A DNA stretch of 64,000 bases from a virus (taxonomy: Duplodnaviria > Caudoviricetes), in IMG/VR virus record IMGVR_UViG_3300024493_000235, positions 64,001-128,000 of that record; one strand, given 5' to 3'. Shown piece after piece: positions 1-9,653 of this stretch. The position numbers were made by a program, and so were the translations under genes. Each line of letters opens with the position of its first letter. Position 1 is the first letter of the stretch. The notes beneath the pieces are model-generated. The model worked only from the letters and a program-made list of their open reading frames with translations. It had not been told where the DNA came from and did no database searches.

Positions 1-73
1 TAAAACCCTGCGAAGAATTCACAGGGTTATTTTTTGTTTGAGTATATATAATATCAACATGAAGGAGAATGTA

Positions 74-502
74 ATGATATACACATCGTATTTCGCTATT
101 TCAAAAAGTTGTCCGTTTCCGATATCTATTACGGCAACACAACCGACGGGATTTTCGTATCCAAGCCTATCAATGCTTGCTGTACCGAAAGATCTTTCTG
201 ATGAATATAAAACTCGTCTTATAAAAGATGAGAAATATATTGAAAGATACAATGAAATGCTTAAAACACTCAATGTATCTGATGTACTTGAAGCTATTGA
301 AGGATTAAAAAGACAACGTTACTATTATGGTAGCGATTGTACATTGATTTGCTGGGAGAAACCTGGGATATTTTGTCATCGTAATCTCGTCGCAGAATGG
401 CTTAAACGTGAAGGACATCTTGTGGCAGAATTTGATGTAAATTCCTATGTTCCTAAGAAACAAGAAGGTCCGACATCTGTATACAAGCCGGGTAAAAAAT
501 GA
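74..502 (+). CDS. DUF488-family protein
   Basis: MIYTSYF start after AAGGAG; CWEKPGIFCHR motif; paralogue at 22810. Confidence 0.7.
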   Translation: MIYTSYFAISKSCPFPISITATQPTGFSYPSLSMLAVPKDLSDEYKTRLIKDEKYIERYNEMLKTLNVSDVLEAIEGLKRQRYYYGSDCTLICWEKPGIFCHRNLVAEWLKREGHLVAEFDVNSYVPKKQEGPTSVYKPGKK

Positions 503-1029
503 AGGAGAATTATATGGACGAAGAAAATGCCGAGGTTATCACTACAGATAAACCACCTGAAAAAGAGGAAGAAGACGTTACATGTCATGCCATAGACAAA
601 CCGCCTGAGAAAGAACCTGAAGTCGAAAAGACTGAAATGGACTTCGAAGATATTGCAAAGAATGTGCTAGGTCCCATTATGCAAAAAGTGGACGAAATGG
701 CCTTCGATTGCATTTCTTCTTATAAAGGAGATAGCGATACACCAACACACCATCCTTTCTATGTGAAAGACGGAGTCCTTAAGAAGTTAAACGAAGTAAT
801 AACTTACTTAGAAGACAGAGAAAGTTATTACAGAAACGCCAGCCTTATAGCATTTGCCTTGAAAAAGGATGGTGATAAACCTGCAAGGAAATACAAAGGG
901 ATGCTCTCAGTAGCTAAAGCTATATGGGGTCTTATCGTAGCAAGGCAAGAACAAATACAAGCCGAAATTGACAGTGCACAAAAAGATCAAAATTATGATG
1001 AAATTGCACGCAAACTCGGCTTTGATTAA
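499..1029 (+). CDS. hypothetical protein
   Basis: 176 aa ORF in the operon; acidic N-terminus with DKPPEKE twice. Confidence 0.7.
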   Translation: MKENYMDEENAEVITTDKPPEKEEEDVTCHAIDKPPEKEPEVEKTEMDFEDIAKNVLGPIMQKVDEMAFDCISSYKGDSDTPTHHPFYVKDGVLKKLNEVITYLEDRESYYRNASLIAFALKKDGDKPARKYKGMLSVAKAIWGLIVARQEQIQAEIDSAQKDQNYDEIARKLGFD

Positions 1030-1040
1030 AAGGAATTTTT

Positions 1041-1670
1041 ATGACACAGACAGATATGTATAATTATCTTCTTTCGCCTCCACATCCATGGAAGAAAGAA
1101 GAACTTGTTGTCCTGCAAAAGATGCATTTGGATGCAAGGCTTTCTATATCGTATAACCTTGTACGTTTAGGATTTGAACCGGCTGCTGAGAAAGGATTTG
1201 TAGAACACATACTTTCTAATGGAACGTGCAATGATATACATCTAAATTTTGACATCGGATATATTCAAGTCTTTAACGAAAGTTTAGACGAAAGGGTGTT
1301 TCAAGGAAGGGCACATTTGCATAATATTGCAACAAACGGCCGTGGATTCGGCTATAGCTACAGTGCTGACAAATGGGATCTTCGTGACGAACAAGAACTT
1401 GACAGACAGTATATCAATAATGCTTTAAATAAAATCGTGAACTCGTTTGATATCATCATCAAAGGTAAAACCGAATTTGACTTACAGTTAAAATTCGTTG
1501 ATTATAATTACCCTAAACCTCGTGGAATAGAAATAATCAACGAGAATGCGCTTAAAGAATACAGAGAAAAAAGTGCATCACGACTGTTTATTCATAAGAA
1601 CAAGCGCCTTGATATCGATTACTGCCGGTATACGGTTAAGGTTCACGACCGTACGATTCCTGTATCCTAG
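1041..1670 (+). CDS. hypothetical protein
   Basis: 209 aa ORF with AAGGA RBS. Confidence 0.75.
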   Translation: MTQTDMYNYLLSPPHPWKKEELVVLQKMHLDARLSISYNLVRLGFEPAAEKGFVEHILSNGTCNDIHLNFDIGYIQVFNESLDERVFQGRAHLHNIATNGRGFGYSYSADKWDLRDEQELDRQYINNALNKIVNSFDIIIKGKTEFDLQLKFVDYNYPKPRGIEIINENALKEYREKSASRLFIHKNKRLDIDYCRYTVKVHDRTIPVS

Positions 1671-1678
1671 GACAGCAT

Positions 1679-2023
1679 ATGACAGAAAAAGATACACTTA
1701 AAATGATCCAAGATCAAACTGCTGTCGATGATTGGAGACAAATGCAAACTGACCTTGTCAATTTGTTAAATAGAACAAGGGATGCCGAGGGGCTGATACA
1801 TGTTTATCTTACAAATCTTGTACAATTTCTTACACAAGCGACTGCACAGACAATAAAAATAAACACAGCCCATGAATCAAGGGTGATATCGGAAGAAGAA
1901 TTCTTAAGACAAATAGAAGATCTTACTCCCGAAATTCACCATAAACTTTCAAAGAAAGAAATCGTCATTCAATTATTGTTTGATGCTCTTTCTATGGACG
2001 GAGGAGTTCCACATGCCCAATAA
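1679..2023 (+). CDS. hypothetical protein
   Basis: 114 aa ORF with AGGA RBS. Confidence 0.7.
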   Translation: MTEKDTLKMIQDQTAVDDWRQMQTDLVNLLNRTRDAEGLIHVYLTNLVQFLTQATAQTIKINTAHESRVISEEEFLRQIEDLTPEIHHKLSKKEIVIQLLFDALSMDGGVPHAQ

Positions 2024-2567
2024 CGATGATAAAACAAAAGAATTGCGTGAATTGACAATTCACGCAAAATTTACAGCAACAGTCAACATTTGCAGAATTG
2101 ACGATCTCAAAGCTACAAACGTGCTTATAAAAGTTTTGGAAGACCAAAACGCAGTTTTTCATTTTCTAAAGATTAATCCTGTAATTCATGCAGGCGATTC
2201 GCACAAGATAAGACATTTACGTGATCATGATGTGATTCATTGCAAAACTCCAGATTTTACACAATCAGATTTACATCTACTTATACTGCATTGTGCTGGC
2301 CTTCCGCATCATATCGAGGGGTATAATTGCAATCCTGAAAAGGCTATTGTGACTAAAATTCAACACCTTATTCATGAACGTACAAAGGAGTTGCTGCGAA
2401 AGTGCATATTTTATCCTCCTGTAGATCAACCGGGAAAAATTGAACTTCCTTACGATGATCAAGTCGGTCAAATCGCTACAGTGGCACGTGCAGACATTAC
2501 TCCAATTGATACGCTAACAGTTTACATCGACAGCATAAAGCCTGTTAGAACGTTTTTCAAAATATAA
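2013..2567 (+). CDS. hypothetical protein
   Basis: Start MPNN after GGAGGAG; followed by a terminator. Confidence 0.7.
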   Translation: MPNNDDKTKELRELTIHAKFTATVNICRIDDLKATNVLIKVLEDQNAVFHFLKINPVIHAGDSHKIRHLRDHDVIHCKTPDFTQSDLHLLILHCAGLPHHIEGYNCNPEKAIVTKIQHLIHERTKELLRKCIFYPPVDQPGKIELPYDDQVGQIATVARADITPIDTLTVYIDSIKPVRTFFKI

Positions 2568-2571
2568 CAAC

Positions 2572-2595
2572 AAGGGAGCTATTCTTAGCTCCCTT
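2572..2595 (+). terminator. intrinsic terminator
   Basis: AAGGGAGCT-attctt-AGCTCCCTT followed by a T-rich tail. Confidence 0.75.
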
Positions 2596-2855
2596 TATTT
2601 TTCTTTAAGGAATGTGGTTACATAAATAGATAAAGAAGTAATCGTTTTAAAAGACTTGAGATTGTGCACACAAATGTCTCTTGTTTTATCGACAGTGTCA
2701 TTCGGACAATACCAAGAAAAATTTTATTATCCTGAAACATGTCGAGAGCATAACGTATCCTAATGATACGCACAAACTGTTTTAAAACAGCGATTTAACT
2801 CCTTCTGGCTTTTGCCAGAAGGTTATTTTCTTTTTGGAGTATATATAATAAAAAC

Positions 2856-4160
2856 ATGGAAACACAAACAACGGAAATCATATCCAATTTTAATTTCAAT
2901 GCGATGTTTATAGCTGTCATTTCGATGTTTGCTATAACACTATTGTCAACGGTTTACAAGAAAGGTGTCGCCGGTTTATTTAAACTTATCTTTAAACACC
3001 TTACAACCCGTGTCGAAGTATCTTCAAGTCATTGGGCATACTTTCAATTAATCAGGCTTTTAAATATCAATGATGAAAAAGAAAAAAGAATTCGTACCTT
3101 TAGACTTAATAATGGCAGATGGGGAGATGAAAAGTTCATATCCTTAGGGATAGGAAAAGGCACACACTTACTTAAAATTTACTGTAAATTGTGTATAATA
3201 AACCTAGAAGAAAAAGACACACAATGGAATGAAGAAAAATTCATTCTAAATATTGTACTTTTTGGCCGTAATTTAGAATTTATTAAGCTCTTATTGACAA
3301 GGCTCTACGAGATTAAAAACAAACCGGATATCAACAACAACGAGATTGTGATTTATACAATCGAAGATAACACTTGGAAAGAGACAATCGTACTTGAAAA
3401 ACGTGCAGAAGATACAATCTTTATAGATTATCTTGCAAAACAAAAAGTGTTTAACTTTGTCGATAACTTCTATAATCGTAAAGATTGGTACGTTGAAAAA
3501 GGTATCCCATATCAAGCTGGTATATTATTATACGGGCCTCCAGGAACAGGAAAGACTTCGTTTGTTAAAGTGATAGCATCTAAGTTTAACAAAAATATTT
3601 ATTATCTTAAAGCAAGCGAACTTTCAAAACTTCAAACAGCTTTAGTAACACTCCCAAAAGATTGTATCCTTCTAATCGAAGATATCGATTCGAACGATCT
3701 AGTGCTTGATCGAAGTAAACGAGAGCAAAATAACGAAAAGCTCAATATCGAAACGAATGCTGACGGTAAAGCAAAAATCGCCGTCGAGAAAATAAACCTC
3801 TCGGATATTCTTAACTTCATGGATGGAGTTCTTTCTATTCCAGGAAGATTTTTAATTGCTACAACAAACAAAAAGGAGAAAATTGATCCTGCATTGCTTA
3901 GACCGGGAAGGATTGATATGGCTATTGAAATCGGTTATATCCATTACGGGAATTTCCTTGAGTTTATAGTAAAATATTACAACGATTATCTTACAAGCAT
4001 TCCTGATTATGGCCAATTCTTTGCACAAAAATCGGCGTTAAAGAAACTGAAAAGTGATACTCTTACTATTTCAGAATTGCAAAATGACTTCTTAGTTAAC
4101 GAACTATCGTTCGATGCAATGTTTGAGAAATATACTGAGTATTCAAAGGAGCTACCATGA
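2856..4160 (+). CDS. BCS1-like AAA+ ATPase with N-terminal membrane segment
   Basis: KGIPYQAGILLYGPPGTGKTS (Walker A), LLIEDID (Walker B), DPALLRPGRID (SRH). Confidence 0.85.
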   Translation: METQTTEIISNFNFNAMFIAVISMFAITLLSTVYKKGVAGLFKLIFKHLTTRVEVSSSHWAYFQLIRLLNINDEKEKRIRTFRLNNGRWGDEKFISLGIGKGTHLLKIYCKLCIINLEEKDTQWNEEKFILNIVLFGRNLEFIKLLLTRLYEIKNKPDINNNEIVIYTIEDNTWKETIVLEKRAEDTIFIDYLAKQKVFNFVDNFYNRKDWYVEKGIPYQAGILLYGPPGTGKTSFVKVIASKFNKNIYYLKASELSKLQTALVTLPKDCILLIEDIDSNDLVLDRSKREQNNEKLNIETNADGKAKIAVEKINLSDILNFMDGVLSIPGRFLIATTNKKEKIDPALLRPGRIDMAIEIGYIHYGNFLEFIVKYYNDYLTSIPDYGQFFAQKSALKKLKSDTLTISELQNDFLVNELSFDAMFEKYTEYSKELP

Positions 4161-4588
4161 AACTATATGTATTTTGGGGTGAAACACCAAGTTCTTTTCC
4201 ACCCTTAGTGTATCGAAATTCCATTGATTATCCTGAGATGTTTCACGACTATGATCCAAAGTATAGTCGTCCAAGACATCCTAAGACAATTGAAAAATAT
4301 ATCCGAGAATATGTCGAACGCGAATATGCTAAACCGGCTGATAATGATATATTTTTCATACGTACTTACTCAGAACTCGTTATAGATATTATTCGAGTTC
4401 TTGCGAAGAAAGCTTTACATGGAAATGACGGTATTCAATTTCCACATTACGACGAAATCACTTTCGTTGTCCCTAACGAAGAACGTGATGGCTATGAAGA
4501 AATCGGTTTGGATGAACATTCGATGATTGATTACTGGCCTCCTGGATTTTGCGATACCCACGAAAAAATTCGCATGCAACTTATCTAG
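4157..4588 (+). CDS. DUF3696-like / ABC-ATPase C-terminal fragment protein, paralogue 1
   Basis: YPE..HP, RTYSELVIDIIR, IDYWPPGFCD; ATGA overlap with the ATPase stop. Confidence 0.6.
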   Translation: MKLYVFWGETPSSFPPLVYRNSIDYPEMFHDYDPKYSRPRHPKTIEKYIREYVEREYAKPADNDIFFIRTYSELVIDIIRVLAKKALHGNDGIQFPHYDEITFVVPNEERDGYEEIGLDEHSMIDYWPPGFCDTHEKIRMQLI

Positions 4589-4646
4589 CGATAAAAACAA
4601 TCTAAATCTTAGATGTGTATCATCTAAGTGATTCAAAGGAGGTATT

Positions 4647-4933
4647 ATGAACCTATATGTATTCTGGAGCAATATCCCAGAATAATTTCCGAAATCATTA
4701 TTGATATCATAAGGTTGCTTGCCAGGTATTCTCTTTTGGATACAACCGATATCGAATTTCCCTTATATACGGAAATTACTTTTATCATTCCTGATAACGA
4801 TAATAACGATTATCTTGCATACCTTATGGATAAAAATTCGGCGATTGATAGTTGGCCTGCAGGATTTTGCGATGTATCAGGAAAAAATTCAAGCCAAACT
4901 ATTGGAATGTACATCATAACAAAAACAATTTAA
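4647..4933 (+). pseudogene. internally deleted, frameshifted paralogue 2
   Basis: AGGAGG + MNLYVFWSNIPE-stop, then SEIIIDIIR...IDSWPAGFCD in another frame; the middle of the family protein is missing. Confidence 0.7.
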
Positions 4934-4945
4934 AGGAGGCTATTT

Positions 4946-5410
4946 ATGCACATGTATGTGTTTTGGGGCGATATTCCATCGTCATTCATTCGCAAAGGCG
5001 ATGCTTTTAAGTACGGTTATCCTGAAATAAAGCGTAATGGAGGAAGTTATGGAGGCTTTCCGATTCATCCTAATGATATACAGAAGAGTATACAAGATCA
5101 TATAAGAAACTTATATGAGAATGGTATCAGGACTGTATATGTCACAACGTATTCGGAACTCGTCATCGATACCATAAGACTTCTTTCCTTAAAAGCATTA
5201 TTGAAATATGATGACGTGAGATTTCCATTACACGACCAAATAACCTTTATCATTCCAGACGAAAATGGTGTAGGGTTTTACGAAAAATATATAGACAGGC
5301 GTTCAATAATGGACAGTTGGCCTATAGGATTCTGCGATCAGCATTCCAAAGTAATGGATTTACTTTTGCAATATTCCGGTGACATAAAGGATGAAAATTC
5401 GAATGCCTGA
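4946..5410 (+). CDS. DUF3696-like / ABC fragment protein, paralogue 3
   Basis: YVFWG, YPE..PIHP, TTYSELVIDTIR, MDSWPIGFCD. Confidence 0.6.
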   Translation: MHMYVFWGDIPSSFIRKGDAFKYGYPEIKRNGGSYGGFPIHPNDIQKSIQDHIRNLYENGIRTVYVTTYSELVIDTIRLLSLKALLKYDDVRFPLHDQITFIIPDENGVGFYEKYIDRRSIMDSWPIGFCDQHSKVMDLLLQYSGDIKDENSNA

Positions 5411-5669
5411 CGAACACGAAATGTGCCTACCTCATGAGATACTTTCACGAATAGAAGAATCCGGGCATTTCAACAATGAAGCTGGAGACGGATCCTATAC
5501 AATGAAAGATATTTTACAATTAGACAGAGTGCCCGGCGACTTTCCTTGTTAGGAGTGTGATGGAAATTCAAACACTAAAATATGCCAAAATCTAATTGCT
5601 GCGGGACAGGGTCCATGTATGAATGATAACGGACTGGTACAGATGGCAGACTGGTATTATACACAGTAA
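5391..5669 (+). pseudogene. 92-codon ORF with one internal TAG (5550-5552)
   Basis: Frame open from ATG 5391 to TAA 5667 except for a TAG inside C-*-E-C. Confidence 0.45.
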
Positions 5670-5672
5670 TTT

Positions 5673-5696
5673 ATCGGGGCCAATTTCGGCCCCGAT
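5673..5696 (+). terminator. GGCC-core hairpin terminator
   Basis: ATCGGGGCC-aatttc-GGCCCCGAT followed by a T run. Confidence 0.8.
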
Positions 5697-5745
5697 TTTT
5701 TATTTTTATTCGTATCTACATGGTAATTAATTATATATTATAATT

Positions 5746-5820
5746 ATGAAAGATAAGAAATTGATTATAGTAGCTTACAGATCGTTGATCTGCGCGTATA
5801 ACAATAATCTTATCTTTGAA
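5746..5820 (+). ncRNA. structured leader motif, copy 1
   Basis: AAAGATAAGA...CAGATC-GTT-GATCTG...TCTTATCTTT nested stems. Confidence 0.6.
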
Positions 5821-5834
5821 AGAGGAGTTCCGAT

Positions 5835-6599
5835 ATGAAAAAGATTTGGGTAATCGCCTGTCTTATTCTAATCGCATTTGCAATCGTAAGTTGCAAAGCG
5901 AAGAACAAAGTCGTCGATGTGAAAAGCCAGGTAGAGGAAAGATTGCGTGCATATGTTGCACACGACCTTGAAACAGGGTCCGGAAAGGTTACAAAAGTTA
6001 CATTGAGTGATGCCCCCGAAGGCTCCGACCTTACATGGACTGCGTTTGCAACGTATACGCCAGATGCGGGTGATAATTATGATATTGAGTTATTGGTACA
6101 ACATCTTACCGCTACGAACTCTATCACATGGTGGTATGCAGCTAATTATCCGTATGGCGATAAAACAGTACCTCTTACAGGTGATATCGTTTTTGAAGAA
6201 CCGCTGAAATACCGAATGGAATACGATGTCCCATATGAAGAAGAGATGCCGGTACAATCTGTTTCAAATTCAAAAAATAAACAATCAGCAAACAATGAAT
6301 CGGCAGTTATTCTTGGCAAAGTGGAACAGAAAGGAAGTAAGTTTACTCTTTTTGATACAAACAAAAGAGAAATAACGCACATTGACATGCCAAATAGAGA
6401 GCTAATGGGCTGGGGCAATGATTTCTTCCTTACAAAATCAAAGGACAATACATTCAGATCGTATAATCTCAGAGGCACAGAAATCGGCTCAATAACCGTC
6501 AGTAATGTGGAGTCTGTAACCTTTGATAACGAAGGGTTTATTTTGAAACAAAAAGGATCGTCGCCGAGAAAATACAAAAAGAACGGACAATCAAGATAA
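5835..6599 (+). CDS. putative lipoprotein
   Basis: Signal peptide MKKIWVIACLILIAFAIVS-C. Confidence 0.75.
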   Translation: MKKIWVIACLILIAFAIVSCKAKNKVVDVKSQVEERLRAYVAHDLETGSGKVTKVTLSDAPEGSDLTWTAFATYTPDAGDNYDIELLVQHLTATNSITWWYAANYPYGDKTVPLTGDIVFEEPLKYRMEYDVPYEEEMPVQSVSNSKNKQSANNESAVILGKVEQKGSKFTLFDTNKREITHIDMPNRELMGWGNDFFLTKSKDNTFRSYNLRGTEIGSITVSNVESVTFDNEGFILKQKGSSPRKYKKNGQSR

Positions 6600-6668
6600 G
6601 TAATATCGGGGCCAATTTTGGCCCCGATATTTCCGTTTTTATTTGTATTTTAAATATACATAATCTAT

Positions 6669-6750
6669 ATGAGAAATAAGAAGATTAGATTATATGATTT
6701 GGGATTGTCAATCCTCGTCATTAACAAATACTTCTTAAAGTATCAAAGAG
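6669..6750 (+). ncRNA. structured leader motif, copy 2
   Basis: TAAGAAG...ATGA..GGATT-GTC-AATCC..TCAT...CTTCTTA. Confidence 0.6.
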
Positions 6751-6756
6751 AAAAAT

Positions 6757-6924
6757 ATGGACGACGATGAAGTGCTTACAGCAACGGTAGAATTGTATCT
6801 TTCTGCAGATAGAACTTACAAGCAACTACGTTTGGTACAGCTTATGCAGAAGGTATACGAAATCAACGACAAACTGGAAAGAGAAGCACAAAAGAAAAAG
6901 AAGCGCACGATTACAACACAATAG
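6757..6924 (+). CDS. small hypothetical protein (55 aa, not in the ORF track)
   Basis: MDDDEVL...KKKKRTITTQ-stop downstream of the leader motif. Confidence 0.55.
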   Translation: MDDDEVLTATVELYLSADRTYKQLRLVQLMQKVYEINDKLEREAQKKKKRTITTQ

Positions 6925-7126
6925 GAGAAATTAACCATGGAAAACGACGATCATTTTTTGATACTAAACAACCTTTTTGATTACTATTATAATAATTTAC
7001 AACGCGGGGATTTATTATCTGTGATACGTAACATCATCCTAGGGCCATTACGGCCCTAGGTGTTATTTTTTTGTATAAGTGAAATAAAATTTAAAATATA
7101 TATAATAAAAGATAAGGAGTCCTTTA

Positions 7127-8428
7127 ATGACAAAAGAAGATAAATATATAGTGAAAATGCTTGACTTACTTGAAAGAGATTCTCATTTAGATACACTTAC
7201 AAGGCCCATATTCTCCATCGTTCGAAATGATCCTAAACGTACAACATTTTCAAATAAGGGAATGCACTATACTTACTTAGCTACAATCCTTGATGAAAAC
7301 GGAAAAGTAATTATCGTAATAGACTATGACGGAGATCATTTCGGCAAAGATTACGCTATCGATATGAAAAAAGATATTCGTATCTCTTGCAGACCGAAAG
7401 GATCGAAGTTACTTGTACTCTTATCTAATATGCCGGAATTTCACGTTCAACAATGGATACTTAAATATTTACAGCAAGATGAAAAAACATTCTTCGAAGA
7501 TCGCTTTAAAACGTGGATATCAAGAGGATACTTTTGGTATAAAGATGTAAAAGATTTTAACACTCCCGATATTTTATTAAAAGATTGGAGCAACTTAAAA
7601 CATTTTACACCAAAAACAAGCGACACAAAGTCGTATTCAAATGTTATAAACGGAATTTCAAACATCGGAATGACCCTCATAAAATACTTTCATCCGTCGA
7701 TATATCGTTGTCGTATGAAAGACAGACAAAGCCCTGAAAATATATGGTACCACCAAGATAAAGATGGAAACTTTGATTTGTTGTTACAGATGTTTAATGA
7801 ACACAGAATGTATTTAGATTGGTTCATGTGTTACAGAGTGATCCAAATGTTTGAGACTACAGACGTTGCGCCAAGAATTCCGATATTAACTCCTTCACGA
7901 GCTAAACTATTGCTATATAAATATGCAGGAGAATTTAACGAAATCTTCAATCCATTTTCAGGATTCTCAAGCGTATTATTAGCCGCAACTTCTCTTGGAA
8001 AAAAATACCTTGGCTACGATATCAATCGTACAGTTGTGCACGAATCTCAATGCATGATAGAATGGTTTGAAAAACATAAAATTCCCATTGATGCACACGT
8101 TGACAGAAAAGACGCATTTATTGATAACGACAGCAATAACCCGTTTCAAAATACATCGAATACATACGGTTGTCTATTCTCGTGTCCTCCTAATGGAGAT
8201 ACAGAAATATATTATGACAACATGATACAAGAAGAATTCTCATCATCGTATTCCTGTGAACAATGGGTACAATGGTGTCTTGATACATACAAATGTAAAA
8301 GATACATCTTTGTTGTAGACTCTAGGTGTAATAAGTTTCAAGGATATGTACAAGAAATTCTTACAACTAAAAGAGTTTCAAGATATCCTTTTAGCACACA
8401 TGAGAAAGTGTTGGTGTTTGACAGGTAA
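7127..8428 (+). CDS. degenerate endonuclease-like + DNA methyltransferase-like fusion (paralogue A)
   Basis: IDYDGDHF; FNPFSGFS (motif I variant); SCPPN (motif IV variant); C-terminal HEKVLVFD shared with paralogue B. Confidence 0.7.
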   Translation: MTKEDKYIVKMLDLLERDSHLDTLTRPIFSIVRNDPKRTTFSNKGMHYTYLATILDENGKVIIVIDYDGDHFGKDYAIDMKKDIRISCRPKGSKLLVLLSNMPEFHVQQWILKYLQQDEKTFFEDRFKTWISRGYFWYKDVKDFNTPDILLKDWSNLKHFTPKTSDTKSYSNVINGISNIGMTLIKYFHPSIYRCRMKDRQSPENIWYHQDKDGNFDLLLQMFNEHRMYLDWFMCYRVIQMFETTDVAPRIPILTPSRAKLLLYKYAGEFNEIFNPFSGFSSVLLAATSLGKKYLGYDINRTVVHESQCMIEWFEKHKIPIDAHVDRKDAFIDNDSNNPFQNTSNTYGCLFSCPPNGDTEIYYDNMIQEEFSSSYSCEQWVQWCLDTYKCKRYIFVVDSRCNKFQGYVQEILTTKRVSRYPFSTHEKVLVFDR

Positions 8429-8441
8429 TGGAGGAAAACAC

Positions 8442-9503
8442 ATGATAGCAGACATAATTGTAGGTATGCAATACGGTTCGGAAGGGAAAGGTGCTTTTGT
8501 AAATCACGCATTACAAATGGAAACCGGTTATAATATGTCGATGAGAGTCCAGTCAACACAATCGGGACATACTATATATTTTAAAAATCAAAAATATATA
8601 ATGAGGTCCATTCCTTGTGCATGGGTAAACCCGAATGTCGAATTATTGCTAGGTCCCGGCGCTTTTACAGAAAGGGATATTCTTTTGGATGAAATAAAAA
8701 GTATAAATGGATCTCTTGGAGGAGATGTGCGCGATCGACTTTTTATAGACAAAAGAGTATTTGAAGTTGAGGACCGTGATAAGCGAAAAGAAGCAGATCA
8801 AAAACTTGATAGCAGAATTGGAAGCACAATTCACGGATCAGGTTCCGCACTAAACGAAAAAATATGGAGAAAACGCACAAGAGGTAATAAAAATTTTATC
8901 GAATGGTGCCTTGCAAATAAGATAAATGTCGTTGACACAATAGACCATATACAAAAAGGAACTCTTTTAATAGAAGGATGCCAGGGAGCTATGCTTTCTA
9001 TTCATACATCACCTTTTTATCCGTATGTAACATCCAGAGAAGCCACAGCTTCAGGAATCTTATCAGAATGTGGAATATCCCCACGTGATGTAAGAAATAT
9101 CTTTGGTGTCTTTCGTACATTGCCAATCAGAGTAGGAGGGAACTCAGGACCTACAGGATCAGTTGAAATTACTTGGGAAGAAGTTTCTAGGAGAGCAGGA
9201 TATAATGTAACACCAGAAAAGACTTCCGTTACTGGCAGAATTAGGCGTATCTTCGAGTTCTCATATGATGATATGGCTCACGCTATTAGAGTAAATAAAC
9301 CCACGCACTTAATTATGACCTTTGCAAATTACATCGCTCCTTGTTTTGGAATTGATTCATGGGACAAAATTGACATCAATTCCAAAAGAAACATAGATAC
9401 ATATACATCTGTAGTAAACAAGCTTTGCAAAAATATTACACCTAACAATACTTATGGTATTGTATCAATTAACACAAATCCAATTAATTGGATAGATATC
9501 TAA
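8442..9503 (+). CDS. purZ: PurZ-like adenylosuccinate synthetase family protein (2-aminoadenine pathway)
   Basis: GMQYGSEGKG (Ser in place of the PurA Asp), RTLPIRVGGNSG, TSVTGRIRR, TFANY; 353 aa from the ATG after GGAGG. Confidence 0.75.
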   Translation: MIADIIVGMQYGSEGKGAFVNHALQMETGYNMSMRVQSTQSGHTIYFKNQKYIMRSIPCAWVNPNVELLLGPGAFTERDILLDEIKSINGSLGGDVRDRLFIDKRVFEVEDRDKRKEADQKLDSRIGSTIHGSGSALNEKIWRKRTRGNKNFIEWCLANKINVVDTIDHIQKGTLLIEGCQGAMLSIHTSPFYPYVTSREATASGILSECGISPRDVRNIFGVFRTLPIRVGGNSGPTGSVEITWEEVSRRAGYNVTPEKTSVTGRIRRIFEFSYDDMAHAIRVNKPTHLIMTFANYIAPCFGIDSWDKIDINSKRNIDTYTSVVNKLCKNITPNNTYGIVSINTNPINWIDI

Positions 9504-9593
9504 TTGATAAATAAATAAAACCAAGGGGCCAAATGGCCCCTTGGAGTTTTTCTTTTGACTATTCGCCACCCGATGCTGGAAAGACGCTCATCA
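9504..9593 (+). repeat. relic duplicate of 11695-11767 joined to 11881-11898
   Basis: 38 bp identical between 9543-9580 and 11730-11767. Confidence 0.85.
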
Positions 9594-9653
9594 TTTTTAA
9601 AAATAAATTAGAATATATATAATAATGGTATATTAAATATAAGGAGAATACTT

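Noticed and set aside
2600-2800. Gene in the 200 bp gap between two terminators
   Set aside because: No convincing ORF, promoter or structure; possibly a decayed cassette
5746-6770. Leader motif copies 1 and 2 read as 30-33 aa upstream ORFs
   Set aside because: Copies 3 and 4 stop within 9 codons and copy 5 lacks the ATG, so the conservation is structural rather than coding
8346-8441. Longer N-terminus for the PurZ-like ORF
   Set aside because: It overlaps the upstream gene; GGAGG precedes ATG 8442 and the family motif starts there
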